A DNA stretch of 64,000 nucleotides. Origin: a virus. Under the pieces are notes generated by a model. The model ran no database searches. It saw only the letters and a program-made list of their open reading frames with translations, and was not told where the DNA came from. The position numbers were made by a program, and so were the translations under genes. This document shows positions 8,712 through 17,484 of the stretch, one piece after another. The DNA is taken from the IMG/VR virus record IMGVR_UViG_3300044614_001780. The stretch is one strand, 5' to 3'. The stretch's first letter is position 1; each line of letters begins with the position of its first letter.

Positions 8712-10877
8712 TCAAAACTTAAATTTAAGTTTCGCAGACACCACTGTATTAGAAACACCATCATTGATTTGATGTATTCCTTCAACGATTACCATTTCCT
8801 TATAATCAACAGAAGCATTTGCCTCAATCATTCCGCTGGTTTCATAAGAACCACCGACAGTTATGCCGAATAAATCCTTTTTCTTACCACCAAAACGATG
8901 TGAAATATTTAGACCAACCTCACCAGAATGTGAAGTTTTGTTTATAACATCAACGGTTCTTCTGGATTGAACTGAACCAGTTTCAGTAAAACCATCTCTC
9001 TGATAATTACCAACAGTGTATCCAACAAATGGAGTTATGTTCTTATTGAGATGCCAGAATAATCTGTTATTAACAAACCACTCTTTTCCTTGTGTTGAAC
9101 TTTCATTATTAAAGATACCCTGAACATTTCTTGATACATTATATTTGTTCTGGGAGAAACCAGCATTAGTTAAGAGTGATAATGTATTTCCACGGAACAT
9201 ATTAAAGAAACCATAATGACTCTTAACAAGATTAGAAGTGCTATCAACACCACCTAAATCAATATTCACATTATTATACTGACCACCAATAGTCCAGGTT
9301 GGTTTGATATCAATTTCTAATCCACCACCAATAATCAGAGACTTACCAGTGTATCCATAATCACCAGAAGACCATGAATAATAGTTATTGCTGAATACTC
9401 TTACTCTGTCTGAATCTGGTTTAGATGGTTCATGAATAAGAAGGTTTTGTAATCCACCACCAATCTTATCTAAAACATCGTATTGGTCTGTGCGTCCAGA
9501 AAGAACATCATGAGTATTCTTTGTATCAACAGAAAGAAGTAAAGAACTTATAACAGTTCCATCACTATAAGTATCTTGCTGTAATAGAGGAGTTTGACTT
9601 GTAGTTGCAAAATCTCTTCTAATCTTTTGAACTCCATCCTTCTCAGATGCCTTATGAGTTACTTTGGTAGTAACAACAACTGGAAGTCCTGGTGCAGGAA
9701 CAGTTACAGAGTTTAATAATGTTGGTGGTTCTGGTTCTGGTGTGGGTTCAGGAGTTGGCTCTGGTTCTGGTGTTGGCTCAGGTGTAGGTTCTGGAGTTGG
9801 ATCTGGTTCTGGAGTGGGTTCTGGTTCTGGTGTTGGCTCAGGTGTAGGTTCTGGTTCTGGAGTAGGTTCTGGTTCTGGAGTAGGTTCTGGTGTTGGCTCA
9901 GGTGTAGGTTCTGGTTCTGGAGTAGGTTCTGGTTCTGGAGTGGGTTCTGGTTCTGGAGTTGGAGTTGGTGCTACTTCATCAACAGATGGTGCATCTGGAT
10001 TGTTTGGAGCAACAGGTGTAAATGATTGACCGTTCTGTGTTGTAGTTCCAGGCTGACTATCAACTAAAAGAACAGGAGAAAGTGCAGTATCTCCAAGATT
10101 GAATACTGCAAATCCTAAGAGATAATCACCATCAGCACCTACTTGATATGTTGAATACTGCCATCCAGTAGAACCATAAGTTCCAGTTGAATAATCACCA
10201 GTTCCTGGATTGGTAAATCCAAGCAGTGCATAGTTTTGAAGTTGATTATTAACTGTTACTGTTGGAGATGAACCTGTTCCCTGATAGACAAGTGATGTAA
10301 TAGAACCATCATTGAAAGGAACATAATCAGTTCCAATATAGTTCCAAGACATTGTATAAACTGTTCCAGTTTGCAAAGTCACTGACTTTGTAATCCAAGC
10401 AGCATCAGTTGGATTTGGATTTCCTAAACCAGATTGTTGCTGTTGTTGAGTGAGAAGGTCTTTAATTGCTTGGTTTTCTGCTGCAGTTAATCCAAGTGCT
10501 TCTGTTGCTTGGTTAAATGTTGCTTGACCATTTGGTTGTAGTGCAGCACCAGCATCCCCATAAGGAGCAAACTCCCAAGTTGTTGGTGTTACTGCGGGTG
10601 CGTGGTATGGGTTAGGAGAACCATCTTGGAGAGTTGGACTTCCTACTGCTCCGTGAGAAGGTGCATTGAAGATTACTGGATTATCGACAACACTAACACC
10701 CGTTCCCTGTCCTGTGATTGTGCTGTCTAATGTTCCTGTTTGAGTTCCAGTATTCCATCCTGAGGTATTTCCAGACTCAAAATCTGTACCAGAAATAGTA
10801 TCTGCAAATGCAATTGTAGGCACTCCAATAAGAAGCGCAGACGCTGCAGACAGCGCCCTTTGCGTGTAGTTAGACAT
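8712..10877 (-). CDS. Autotransporter-like outer-membrane protein with PT/PE linker
   Basis: Signal peptide, beta-rich passenger, (PEPT)n linker, amphipathic beta-strand C-terminal domain ending KLKFKF. Confidence 0.75.
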   Translation of the reverse strand: MSNYTQRALSAASALLIGVPTIAFADTISGTDFESGNTSGWNTGTQTGTLDSTITGQGTGVSVVDNPVIFNAPSHGAVGSPTLQDGSPNPYHAPAVTPTTWEFAPYGDAGAALQPNGQATFNQATEALGLTAAENQAIKDLLTQQQQQSGLGNPNPTDAAWITKSVTLQTGTVYTMSWNYIGTDYVPFNDGSITSLVYQGTGSSPTVTVNNQLQNYALLGFTNPGTGDYSTGTYGSTGWQYSTYQVGADGDYLLGFAVFNLGDTALSPVLLVDSQPGTTTQNGQSFTPVAPNNPDAPSVDEVAPTPTPEPEPTPEPEPTPEPEPTPEPTPEPTPEPEPTPEPEPTPEPTPEPEPTPEPDPTPEPTPEPTPEPEPTPEPTPEPEPPTLLNSVTVPAPGLPVVVTTKVTHKASEKDGVQKIRRDFATTSQTPLLQQDTYSDGTVISSLLLSVDTKNTHDVLSGRTDQYDVLDKIGGGLQNLLIHEPSKPDSDRVRVFSNNYYSWSSGDYGYTGKSLIIGGGLEIDIKPTWTIGGQYNNVNIDLGGVDSTSNLVKSHYGFFNMFRGNTLSLLTNAGFSQNKYNVSRNVQGIFNNESSTQGKEWFVNNRLFWHLNKNITPFVGYTVGNYQRDGFTETGSVQSRRTVDVINKTSHSGEVGLNISHRFGGKKKDLFGITVGGSYETSGMIEANASVDYKEMVIVEGIHQINDGVSNTVVSAKLKFKF
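9722..9967 (-). repeat. Tandem Pro-Glu/Pro-Thr coding repeat
   Basis: Repeated ggttct/ggagt units encoding about 80 aa of PEPTPEPEPT. Confidence 0.95.
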
Positions 10878-10883
10878 AAAAAT

Positions 10884-10980
10884 ACGGTGGTTGGTTTAGC
10901 AGTTATTTCCAAGAACTACTAAACACAACTCACCGTGGTGTGGGGTTAAGTTGCTTCAACTCACTGGTTGAAACTATTTA
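10884..10980 (-). promoter_or_regulatory. Late promoter and structured 5'-leader
   Basis: TAAATA at 10975-10980; TTCAAC/GTTGAA hairpin; long ACGGTG..GTTG..GTTTAGTAGTT/AACTGCTAAAC..CAAC..CACCGT hairpin. Confidence 0.6.
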
Positions 10981-11649
10981 TCCTTTTTTCCAAGCATCTC
11001 CTTCTGCTTTTCTTCTACGAGCAAGTCCTGCTTCTACATTGGAACCAGGATTTCTGTAGAGATAAAGTGCATCTGGAACTTTGTCCCATTCTTTATTCTT
11101 TAATGTACGAGTAATGGTATTGAAGTTATCACCACCATAAAAACCAGCACCAAGATTATAAGCAAAAGAAAGTAGAGCACCTCTTTTACCATCACTCATC
11201 TCATTCCAATGTGGAATTTTACGAAGTGAAGGAAGAAACTGGTTCTTGCACTGACTAATCAATAGTTCATCAGCTTCCTGTTGAGTGATTTGATCACCAA
11301 GTTGGAATGGTCCACCATCCTTCTTACGAGTAGAACCCCAACCAATGGTGATTGGAAGTCCACCAGATAGAGGATCTGGGTATGCCTTTAGATGACATCC
11401 TTCAAACTCCTTAATTAATTTAATACCAGTCATTGGCATATCGTCACCACCTGCTACAGGAGCGGCAGCAGATGGTGCTGATGCTGGTGCCGCATTACCC
11501 TTTTTTCCTCTATAAATCTCCGCCCAATCTACATTATCTTCTAGATATTTGACTGGCAGATTATCTTCCAGCCACTGCACTGCCTTTACGTGATTTGGAT
11601 TCTTCTCGTCATAAAACTTGAAGAAGTTGTGTAAATCAATTCTTGCCAT
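10978..11649 (-). CDS. GH24 lysozyme (endolysin) with N-terminal extra module
   Basis: IKEFEGC..AYPDP..TIGWG, SFAYNLG and GLARRRKAE motifs. Confidence 0.92.
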   Translation of the reverse strand: MARIDLHNFFKFYDEKNPNHVKAVQWLEDNLPVKYLEDNVDWAEIYRGKKGNAAPASAPSAAAPVAGGDDMPMTGIKLIKEFEGCHLKAYPDPLSGGLPITIGWGSTRKKDGGPFQLGDQITQQEADELLISQCKNQFLPSLRKIPHWNEMSDGKRGALLSFAYNLGAGFYGGDNFNTITRTLKNKEWDKVPDALYLYRNPGSNVEAGLARRRKAEGDAWKKG

Positions 11650-11782
11650 TGTTGCCTCCTATATTTGGAAAGTATATATCAAATAGTTCACTTGCTTCTT
11701 TATGTCGTCCTTGATTTGTGAGTTTCTTCACTTCTTCCAGAATTTTTTTCTTAAACTCAGTCGAAGATCCTTCCCCACCCAT
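11636..11782 (-). CDS. Small hypothetical protein between the lysins (start uncertain)
   Basis: C-terminal part of the 78-aa ORF fills the intergenic gap. Confidence 0.4.
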   Translation of the reverse strand: MGGEGSSTEFKKKILEEVKKLTNQGRHKEASELFDIYFPNIGGNNGKN

Positions 11783-12428
11783 CATTACCTCCTGGGCACC
11801 AACGATGCTTAAGAACTGCTTTAGTGTAAATGGTCTTCTTACCATTTGTGACTGGACCAGTATAGTTATCATTCAGAGAACCATATGGATCATTGACATA
11901 ATATCCTTTACCGTCTGGTGTCTTACCAATTACAACACACATGTGCCCACCAGTAGGTGCAGATAAAGAACCCCTATGCAGGATACCAATAACAACAGGT
12001 TTCCCAGCATCAAGACTCTTATCAATGTCAGCAAAAGAAAGATTGTAACTAAAGTGTGACTTAATTCCATAACCTTGTAGAACCTTCGTCTGAACCGCAT
12101 GGTCAGTCGTGTCACCAATAGCAAATACTTTCTTAACATACTCATCGTCACCTTTAATGCTTCCTGGCTTGAGGAAAGCAAGACACATAGCACACGATGA
12201 AGAGTTGCAAGTTCTATGTGCATCTCTATAGTTATCAACCTGGTTGAAATATGGTACTGCTAGAACTGCTGGAGTTGGTGGTTTAGTTCTAAAAATGCCA
12301 ATCCAGTCAGTCTCGGAATCATCCATAAACTCAGCAGGTAGGTTATCTTCTAACCATTGAACTGCTGCTACATGGTTCGAATTACCATCATCATAATACT
12401 TAAAAAAGTTATGAAGATCTAACGTCAT
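11757..12428 (-). CDS. C39-like cysteine peptidase with N-terminal extra module
   Basis: VPYFNQ...TCNSSS, GGHMCVVIG and VNDPYG (Cys-His-Asp); late promoter at 12453-12458. Confidence 0.88.
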   Translation of the reverse strand: MTLDLHNFFKYYDDGNSNHVAAVQWLEDNLPAEFMDDSETDWIGIFRTKPPTPAVLAVPYFNQVDNYRDAHRTCNSSSCAMCLAFLKPGSIKGDDEYVKKVFAIGDTTDHAVQTKVLQGYGIKSHFSYNLSFADIDKSLDAGKPVVIGILHRGSLSAPTGGHMCVVIGKTPDGKGYYVNDPYGSLNDNYTGPVTNGKKTIYTKAVLKHRWCPGGNDGWGRIFD

Positions 12429-12458
12429 CTTTACTGTGGCATAAGCTTGAAATATTTA

Positions 12459-12620
12459 TCAATATGAATATTCATTAATTTTATCTAATACTTTATTAAG
12501 ATACTTATTTGCAATTGATTTTGGGTCCGATGTCCAATTTATATCTTCTCTATAGAGTTCCGTTTTCAACTTCTCTAAATGAACTCTCATCTCATCTTTA
12601 GTCAAATGATTTCTAGGCAT
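12459..12620 (-). CDS. Small hypothetical protein (53 aa)
   Basis: Manual translation MPRNHLTKDEMRVHLEKLKTELY... Confidence 0.6.
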   Translation of the reverse strand: MPRNHLTKDEMRVHLEKLKTELYREDINWTSDPKSIANKYLNKVLDKINEYSY

Positions 12621-12678
12621 GAAACAAAAAAACTCTGCTGCTTATTTAGCAACAGAGTTAATATTATTTCTTATTATT

Positions 12679-13206
12679 TCAAACTGATACAGTTTTGTTT
12701 ACAGTTGACTTCACATATTCATAAACTGCTTCTGGAGTTGTTGCTTCATAAGGGTCAGAAGCAGCATTATCTTGCTTTCCTTCTTCCTCAAAAAGTTTTT
12801 CGATAATACCATTATTTACCACAGCAGCATATCTCCAAGAACGCTGACCAAAACCAAGATTGGCCTTGGCAACGAGTTGACCCATAGAACGAGTGAAGTA
12901 AGCATTGCCATCTGGAATTAGTTTTACATTCTTGATGTTTTGGTCTTGTGCCCAAGCATTCATCACGAATCCATCATTCACAGAGATACAGTAAATAGCA
13001 TCAATACCAAGTGCTTGAAACTCTTCAAACTTCTCTTCAAATCCAGGAAGTTGATATGCAGAGCAAGTAGGAGTAAATGCACCAGGCAGTGAGAAAATTA
13101 CTACACGCTTACCATCAAAAAGTTCAGAAGCAGTACGATTTACAAACTCTCCAGACTCACGAAATACAAATTCAACTTGTGGAATTTGATAACCTTCTTT
13201 ACGCAT
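12679..13206 (-). CDS. Type II peroxiredoxin (Prx5-like)
   Basis: LPGAFTPTCS, SVNDGFVMNAW and RSWRYA motifs; GGAGG RBS. Confidence 0.95.
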   Translation of the reverse strand: MRKEGYQIPQVEFVFRESGEFVNRTASELFDGKRVVIFSLPGAFTPTCSAYQLPGFEEKFEEFQALGIDAIYCISVNDGFVMNAWAQDQNIKNVKLIPDGNAYFTRSMGQLVAKANLGFGQRSWRYAAVVNNGIIEKLFEEEGKQDNAASDPYEATTPEAVYEYVKSTVNKTVSV

Positions 13207-13217
13207 TGTAACCTCCA

Positions 13218-13337
13218 TCACCAAATACCAGGAATAATTTGACCAGTAGTGAGATAAGTGCCAACAGCAATTACAAATCCAAGCATTGCTAGACGAGCAT
13301 TGAGGATCTCTGCCTCAGGTGTGAATCCAAATTTCAT
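13218..13337 (-). CDS. hli: High-light inducible protein (39 aa)
   Basis: [21 protein letters not shown]...; ExxNxRLAM motif; not in the ORF track. Confidence 0.95.
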   Translation of the reverse strand: MKFGFTPEAEILNARLAMLGFVIAVGTYLTTGQIIPGIW

Positions 13338-13534
13338 TTTGTTTCTCCTTTATAAGAATGTTGTTGTTTAAGTTCTGGGTTTGGGTTACAAACCATTTTT
13401 TCTTTAACAGGTTTAATTACAATAAACTTGTCATTCTTTAGTGTTCCAGCAATTTTGACTTCTAATTCAATATCACTGTCCCATCCAATTTCTTGAAGGG
13501 CAACTCCCAATTGCCCAAGCATTCCAGCACTCAC
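13334..13534 (-). CDS. Hypothetical protein
   Basis: Coupled between petF and hli. Confidence 0.7.
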   Translation of the reverse strand: MSAGMLGQLGVALQEIGWDSDIELEVKIAGTLKNDKFIVIKPVKEKMVCNPNPELKQQHSYKGETK

Positions 13535-13821
13535 AGGTTTTCTTCCTGTTCAGTAAGGATTACACAGTCGCTAGTGGGATATGCGACACATGTAAGCACC
13601 CAACCTTCTTCAAGTTGGTCATCATCAAGGAACGATTGCTCCTCGTTATCTACTGTTCCACTGATTAATTTTCCAGCACAAGCAGAGCAAGCACCAGCAC
13701 GACAAGATGAAGGCAGGTCTATCCCTGCATCTTCAGCAGCTTCAAGAATGTATTGGTCCTCAGCACACTGAATAGTTTGCTCAGTGCCATCGGGGGTACG
13801 AAGAGTAACGTTATATGCCAT
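13531..13821 (-). CDS. petF: Plant-type [2Fe-2S] ferredoxin
   Basis: [10 protein letters not shown]...LTC. Confidence 0.97.
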   Translation of the reverse strand: MAYNVTLRTPDGTEQTIQCAEDQYILEAAEDAGIDLPSSCRAGACSACAGKLISGTVDNEEQSFLDDDQLEEGWVLTCVAYPTSDCVILTEQEENL

Positions 13822-13907
13822 TAGTAAGTTTCACAAAGTTTTTCTACGGATGCTGCCAACAGTACGAAGAAGGCAACTGAAGTCATTGTAAAGATAATTG
13901 AAGTCAT
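13821..13907 (-). CDS. Hydrophobic micro-protein (28 aa) coupled to petF
   Basis: [28 protein letters not shown]; TAATG overlap with petF. Confidence 0.55.
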   Translation of the reverse strand: MTSIIFTMTSVAFFVLLAASVEKLCETY

Positions 13908-13920
13908 TGTCAATCAGTTG

Positions 13921-14124
13921 TCAGAAGATACCGAAGAAGAGTTTGCCAGTGAGACTATAAGAAAGAGCCCCAGCAATAATACCGACCATTGCCCAGCGTC
14001 CATTATACATCTCCGTAGTTTGCATGGGGGTCATAAGACCTTTACGATTATATTCTTGGTAAACCATTTCAGGTTCCTTGGCCCACATATTATTTTGACC
14101 AAGTTCATTGGTTGTTACAGTCAT
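13921..14124 (-). CDS. hli: High-light inducible protein
   Basis: EMYNGRWAMVG motif; MTVTTNELGQNNMWAKEP N-terminus. Confidence 0.93.
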   Translation of the reverse strand: MTVTTNELGQNNMWAKEPEMVYQEYNRKGLMTPMQTTEMYNGRWAMVGIIAGALSYSLTGKLFFGIF

Positions 14125-14133
14125 TTTCGTTTT

Positions 14134-14188
14134 ATTACGAATTGTTACACAATTATATAGCAAAAATAAAGGGGAGTCAAGCTCCCCA
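14134..14188 (-). promoter_or_regulatory. Sigma70 promoter of the hli-petF operon with an HLR1-like site; -35 inside the porin terminator
   Basis: TTGACT-N17-TATAAT; ATTACGAA-TT-GTTACACA (plus strand) over the start site; GGGGAG/CTCCCC hairpin. Confidence 0.7.
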
Positions 14189-14212
14189 GTGTATCAGATT
14201 TTACAGATTAGA

Positions 14213-15730
14213 TCAGAACTTAAAGGTTGTCTGAACCAGAGCACCGAAAGTATCAAGACCATCGTTACCAGTAGGATTGCTCAGATAGAACACAGCAGGA
14301 GTTACAGCAATGTTATCGGTAACTTGCATCTTGTAATATGCCTCAAAAGCATAGTTGCCATCTTGAGCATTTACATCATTCTGCTTGGTAACAAAAGTAG
14401 GTTGTCCAACTGCAAAACCAAGAGCATTACCCTTAGCAAGTACATCCTTCCAAACCAGACCAGTATACCAGGACTGAGAAATAGTATCACCACCTTCAGT
14501 ATAACCAGAGTTATTATAACCCCAACCAGCAGAGATTGAAGGAACAATGCCAGAGGTAGAAGGTTGCCAGTAACCAGCAAGAGAGAACGAATTGGTCTGA
14601 CCACCAGTTGCACTATTGGGAAGTGCAGAAGTCAGAGTAGGAGTGCCTTGAATACTTACACCATTGTTGGAATAAGTATAAGCACCAGTTAGGTTCCAGT
14701 TCTTAGTGGTATACGCAAGTTGAGCAGTGGTAGAAGCAGCAGAGTTGCCGTTGAACATACCACCTTCAGCACTATCACCCTTGTCTGCATCACCAGCAAC
14801 ATAGGCACCACCAAGTGTCCAAGCACCTTTCTTAACCGAAGCACCGAAACCACCACCAAGAACTTTGCTGTAAGCACCAGGAGCACCGTTGAACTGGAAG
14901 ATGTTCAGGATTTTATCAGCAGTGTAGACAGAAGGCCACACAGGCAGAATGTCATCCTGACGAACACGAGGACCAGCAGTAATGGTTACATCTTTACCAG
15001 CAGGGAACTTATAGTAAAGACGGTTAATTGCAACTACGTCACCACCGTCAGCATTACCAAGGTTTTCTTGGAAACCAGCATCCAGTTTGGTGAGAGGAGT
15101 AGGAGCAGCACCGAAACCACTGTCATCAAAGTTACCAGCACGAAGTTGAGTACGCAGCAGGTCTTTACCAGTGAAAGAGGTATCCAGGTTCAGTTTCACA
15201 TCATAGTTGAAGGAAACTGCTTCACGAAGATTGTTGTAAGTATCCTTTTGGTTTCCACCATAAGACAGACCACCCAGAACCCACTTGGTTTCACCACGAA
15301 GTTTGGTAGTGGTGGAGAATTGAGTTGCTTCCAGTTGACCAACTTGTGCTTCCAGTTTATCAACACGACCACGAATTACTGCAAGTTCTTCTTGGAATTC
15401 TTTCGTAAGACGACTGAGTTCATCAGTCACTTCAGTTACACGGTCAAGGCAAGCATTGAGAAGTGCTGCTGCCTCATAACGAGTCATTGCCTTACCACCA
15501 CCGTAGGTGCCATTAGGATAACCTGCTACACATCCATAACGTTCTACGAGATTGCTAAGTGCCTGATATGCCCAATCGGTTGGTTGTACATCAGACAATT
15601 GAGAGACACTTGTAACCTGAGCAGAAGAGTATTGATTGACTGCTGCCATATTAAGGTCTGTGGCATTCGCAACAGCAGGAGCAATCATACCAAGAGCAAC
15701 GGGTGCAAGCATCAGTTGTTTGATTTTCAT
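14213..15730 (-). CDS. Cyanobacterial outer-membrane porin (SLH + OprB-type barrel; Som/iron-uptake porin family)
   Basis: Signal peptide, SDVQPTDWAYQAL..YGCVAGYP SLH motif, QFSTTTKLRGE, C-terminal QTTFKF. Confidence 0.95.
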   Translation of the reverse strand: MKIKQLMLAPVALGMIAPAVANATDLNMAAVNQYSSAQVTSVSQLSDVQPTDWAYQALSNLVERYGCVAGYPNGTYGGGKAMTRYEAAALLNACLDRVTEVTDELSRLTKEFQEELAVIRGRVDKLEAQVGQLEATQFSTTTKLRGETKWVLGGLSYGGNQKDTYNNLREAVSFNYDVKLNLDTSFTGKDLLRTQLRAGNFDDSGFGAAPTPLTKLDAGFQENLGNADGGDVVAINRLYYKFPAGKDVTITAGPRVRQDDILPVWPSVYTADKILNIFQFNGAPGAYSKVLGGGFGASVKKGAWTLGGAYVAGDADKGDSAEGGMFNGNSAASTTAQLAYTTKNWNLTGAYTYSNNGVSIQGTPTLTSALPNSATGGQTNSFSLAGYWQPSTSGIVPSISAGWGYNNSGYTEGGDTISQSWYTGLVWKDVLAKGNALGFAVGQPTFVTKQNDVNAQDGNYAFEAYYKMQVTDNIAVTPAVFYLSNPTGNDGLDTFGALVQTTFKF

Positions 15731-15761
15731 AAAAATGTTTTTTGTGTACTAAACGACATAT

Positions 15762-15836
15762 TGAGCACCCATACAAATAGTTGCGGCATGGGTGCTCAGG
15801 TCATTTATCTTAACATTTTTTTTGGGATCGTGTCAA
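15762..15836 (-). promoter_or_regulatory. Porin promoter and 5'-UTR hairpin
   Basis: TTGACA-N18-TAAGAT, then TGAGCACCCATGC/GTATGGGTGCTCA stem. Confidence 0.6.
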
Positions 15837-16627
15837 CCTTGTTCTTGATTTTGATTTTGGGTTATTCTTCCCAAATATGGGTCATAATTCATTAACTCTT
15901 CAATTTTTACATTTGATCCGTTTTGTTGCCAGAAATTTAAAAGTCCATCATGACTAGAACGATGGAAGATATCAATATGTTCTGGATGAATAGAAGACCC
16001 TAGAGATATTCTATACAAGAAAAGTGGAATGGAGAAAGTATTTCCAGAATTATAAACCAAATCATCAGCAACTGCTCTTGGTTTAACACCATTATCAAGT
16101 TTATATTTGTCTCCACGAATATGATGTTTGATAATTTTTTCTGCATGATGTCGAGATATCATGTAGCAAGCAGTAGAAAAATCATTTACAAATCTTTTAT
16201 GCAATTGAACGTGGAGTGGTCCTGTGCAAATAATTGCAAGTTGAATAACATCCCAATCATATGGGACTAAAGAGTAGAATTGACTCCAAGTAAAATCCCA
16301 ATTTTTTACAATTTGCAAATCAACGTCATCTTCCATAATGATTGCATATGGACTATCAGATGTCTCAAACCAATGTTTGATTGCTTTTAGGTGTGATGTA
16401 GTACATCCAATTTCTCCAGAAGTCATCATCTGAGGATATCTCCCAGAAACAATATCACTCAAATCATCTTCCCTGCCATCATAAGCAGAGATTCTTGTAT
16501 AATTTTCAATTTCCCATTCTTCAAATTGTTCTTCCATATATTCTTTTCTTTCTGGTTGCCCATCAAGATTTAAATAATAAATTGGACCTATGTTCTTAAG
16601 TTTATACGCAGATTTATTTTTATCCAT
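15833..16627 (-). CDS. Glycosyltransferase family 25-like
   Basis: YYLNLD..ERK, GEIGC..SH and IMEDD motifs. Confidence 0.85.
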   Translation of the reverse strand: MDKNKSAYKLKNIGPIYYLNLDGQPERKEYMEEQFEEWEIENYTRISAYDGREDDLSDIVSGRYPQMMTSGEIGCTTSHLKAIKHWFETSDSPYAIIMEDDVDLQIVKNWDFTWSQFYSLVPYDWDVIQLAIICTGPLHVQLHKRFVNDFSTACYMISRHHAEKIIKHHIRGDKYKLDNGVKPRAVADDLVYNSGNTFSIPLFLYRISLGSSIHPEHIDIFHRSSHDGLLNFWQQNGSNVKIEELMNYDPYLGRITQNQNQEQG

Positions 16628-17484
16628 TAGATCACTTCCCAAGTATCACAATATAAATCTTTAGTGTCTTTGTCTGCATATGCAGGACCAAACCACATTT
16701 TTGGTGCTACAACTTTTCCTCTTTTATTTTGCAACCAAGCACCCCACCACGATAATGATGAATTTGCGATAATTGCTCCAGAGCACAATGACATTAAACA
16801 CAAATCAACATAAGGTGTGTATGAACCATCTCGATATTTTTCTTGTGGTTCAGAAATGAAGAATCTGTCCGAGGTAAACAATTCTTGTTCTTTAACCCAT
16901 TCTGGTGAATCAGAAAAAACAAGAATAGGTTGGTCTTCATCAAAAAGTTTCAAAGCATTTTCATAGTATTCTATTGGTTGAACTGGGTGAGTATCCGCAA
17001 GGTTTACATATGCCCACTTAAATCCCCTGGAATCTACCAAGTTTGGATCTCCTCTCCTCACATGAAGAAATACTGGTTCTTTTTCAAATTCCGAAATAAA
17101 CTCTTTGCATGGTCCCAAAATTCCATCGTCAAAGGTAAAATCCTCACGAATTTCATCTTCAATATCTTTAAACCATTTTTCAGATTGAAAAAATCCAAAA
17201 AGACTTACATCGTCAGGGCACAAATGGTGAAGAGATTCATCATAATGAAAATACTTTTCAACAACAACTGGTGCATGTCCTTGGTCTAGAAACTTAAGAT
17301 TACCAGTATGAACGTTGGTAAGGTTAAAGCATACATGCAAACTATAGTTATCAACCCTTTTTGAATCAAAAGGGGGAATGCAAAAATCATATCCTCTACG
17401 TCTAGCAATTCCCTTCAAAGCAGCATACTGGAACATTTGATTTCCAAGTCTGCCGTTATTTCCAAGTCCATTAAACGCTAACAT
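16627..17484 (-). CDS. GT11 alpha-1,2-fucosyltransferase-like
   Basis: GRLGNQMFQYA, HVRRGD and ANSSLSWWGAW motifs. Confidence 0.92.
   Translation of the reverse strand: MLAFNGLGNNGRLGNQMFQYAALKGIARRRGYDFCIPPFDSKRVDNYSLHVCFNLTNVHTGNLKFLDQGHAPVVVEKYFHYDESLHHLCPDDVSLFGFFQSEKWFKDIEDEIREDFTFDDGILGPCKEFISEFEKEPVFLHVRRGDPNLVDSRGFKWAYVNLADTHPVQPIEYYENALKLFDEDQPILVFSDSPEWVKEQELFTSDRFFISEPQEKYRDGSYTPYVDLCLMSLCSGAIIANSSLSWWGAWLQNKRGKVVAPKMWFGPAYADKDTKDLYCDTWEVI

Noticed and set aside
9664-10029. Gly/Ser/Val repeat ORF on the plus strand; repeat array considered as CRISPR
   Set aside because: Reverse complement of the PEPT coding repeat; no unique spacers
13878-13910. 12-bp direct repeat TGAAGTCATTGT
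   Set aside because: Explained by the repeated MTS codons in the micro-ORF; only two copies
14720-15895. 391-aa plus-strand ORF antisense to the porin
   Set aside because: Shadow of a strongly codon-biased gene; no recognisable motifs, RBS or promoter
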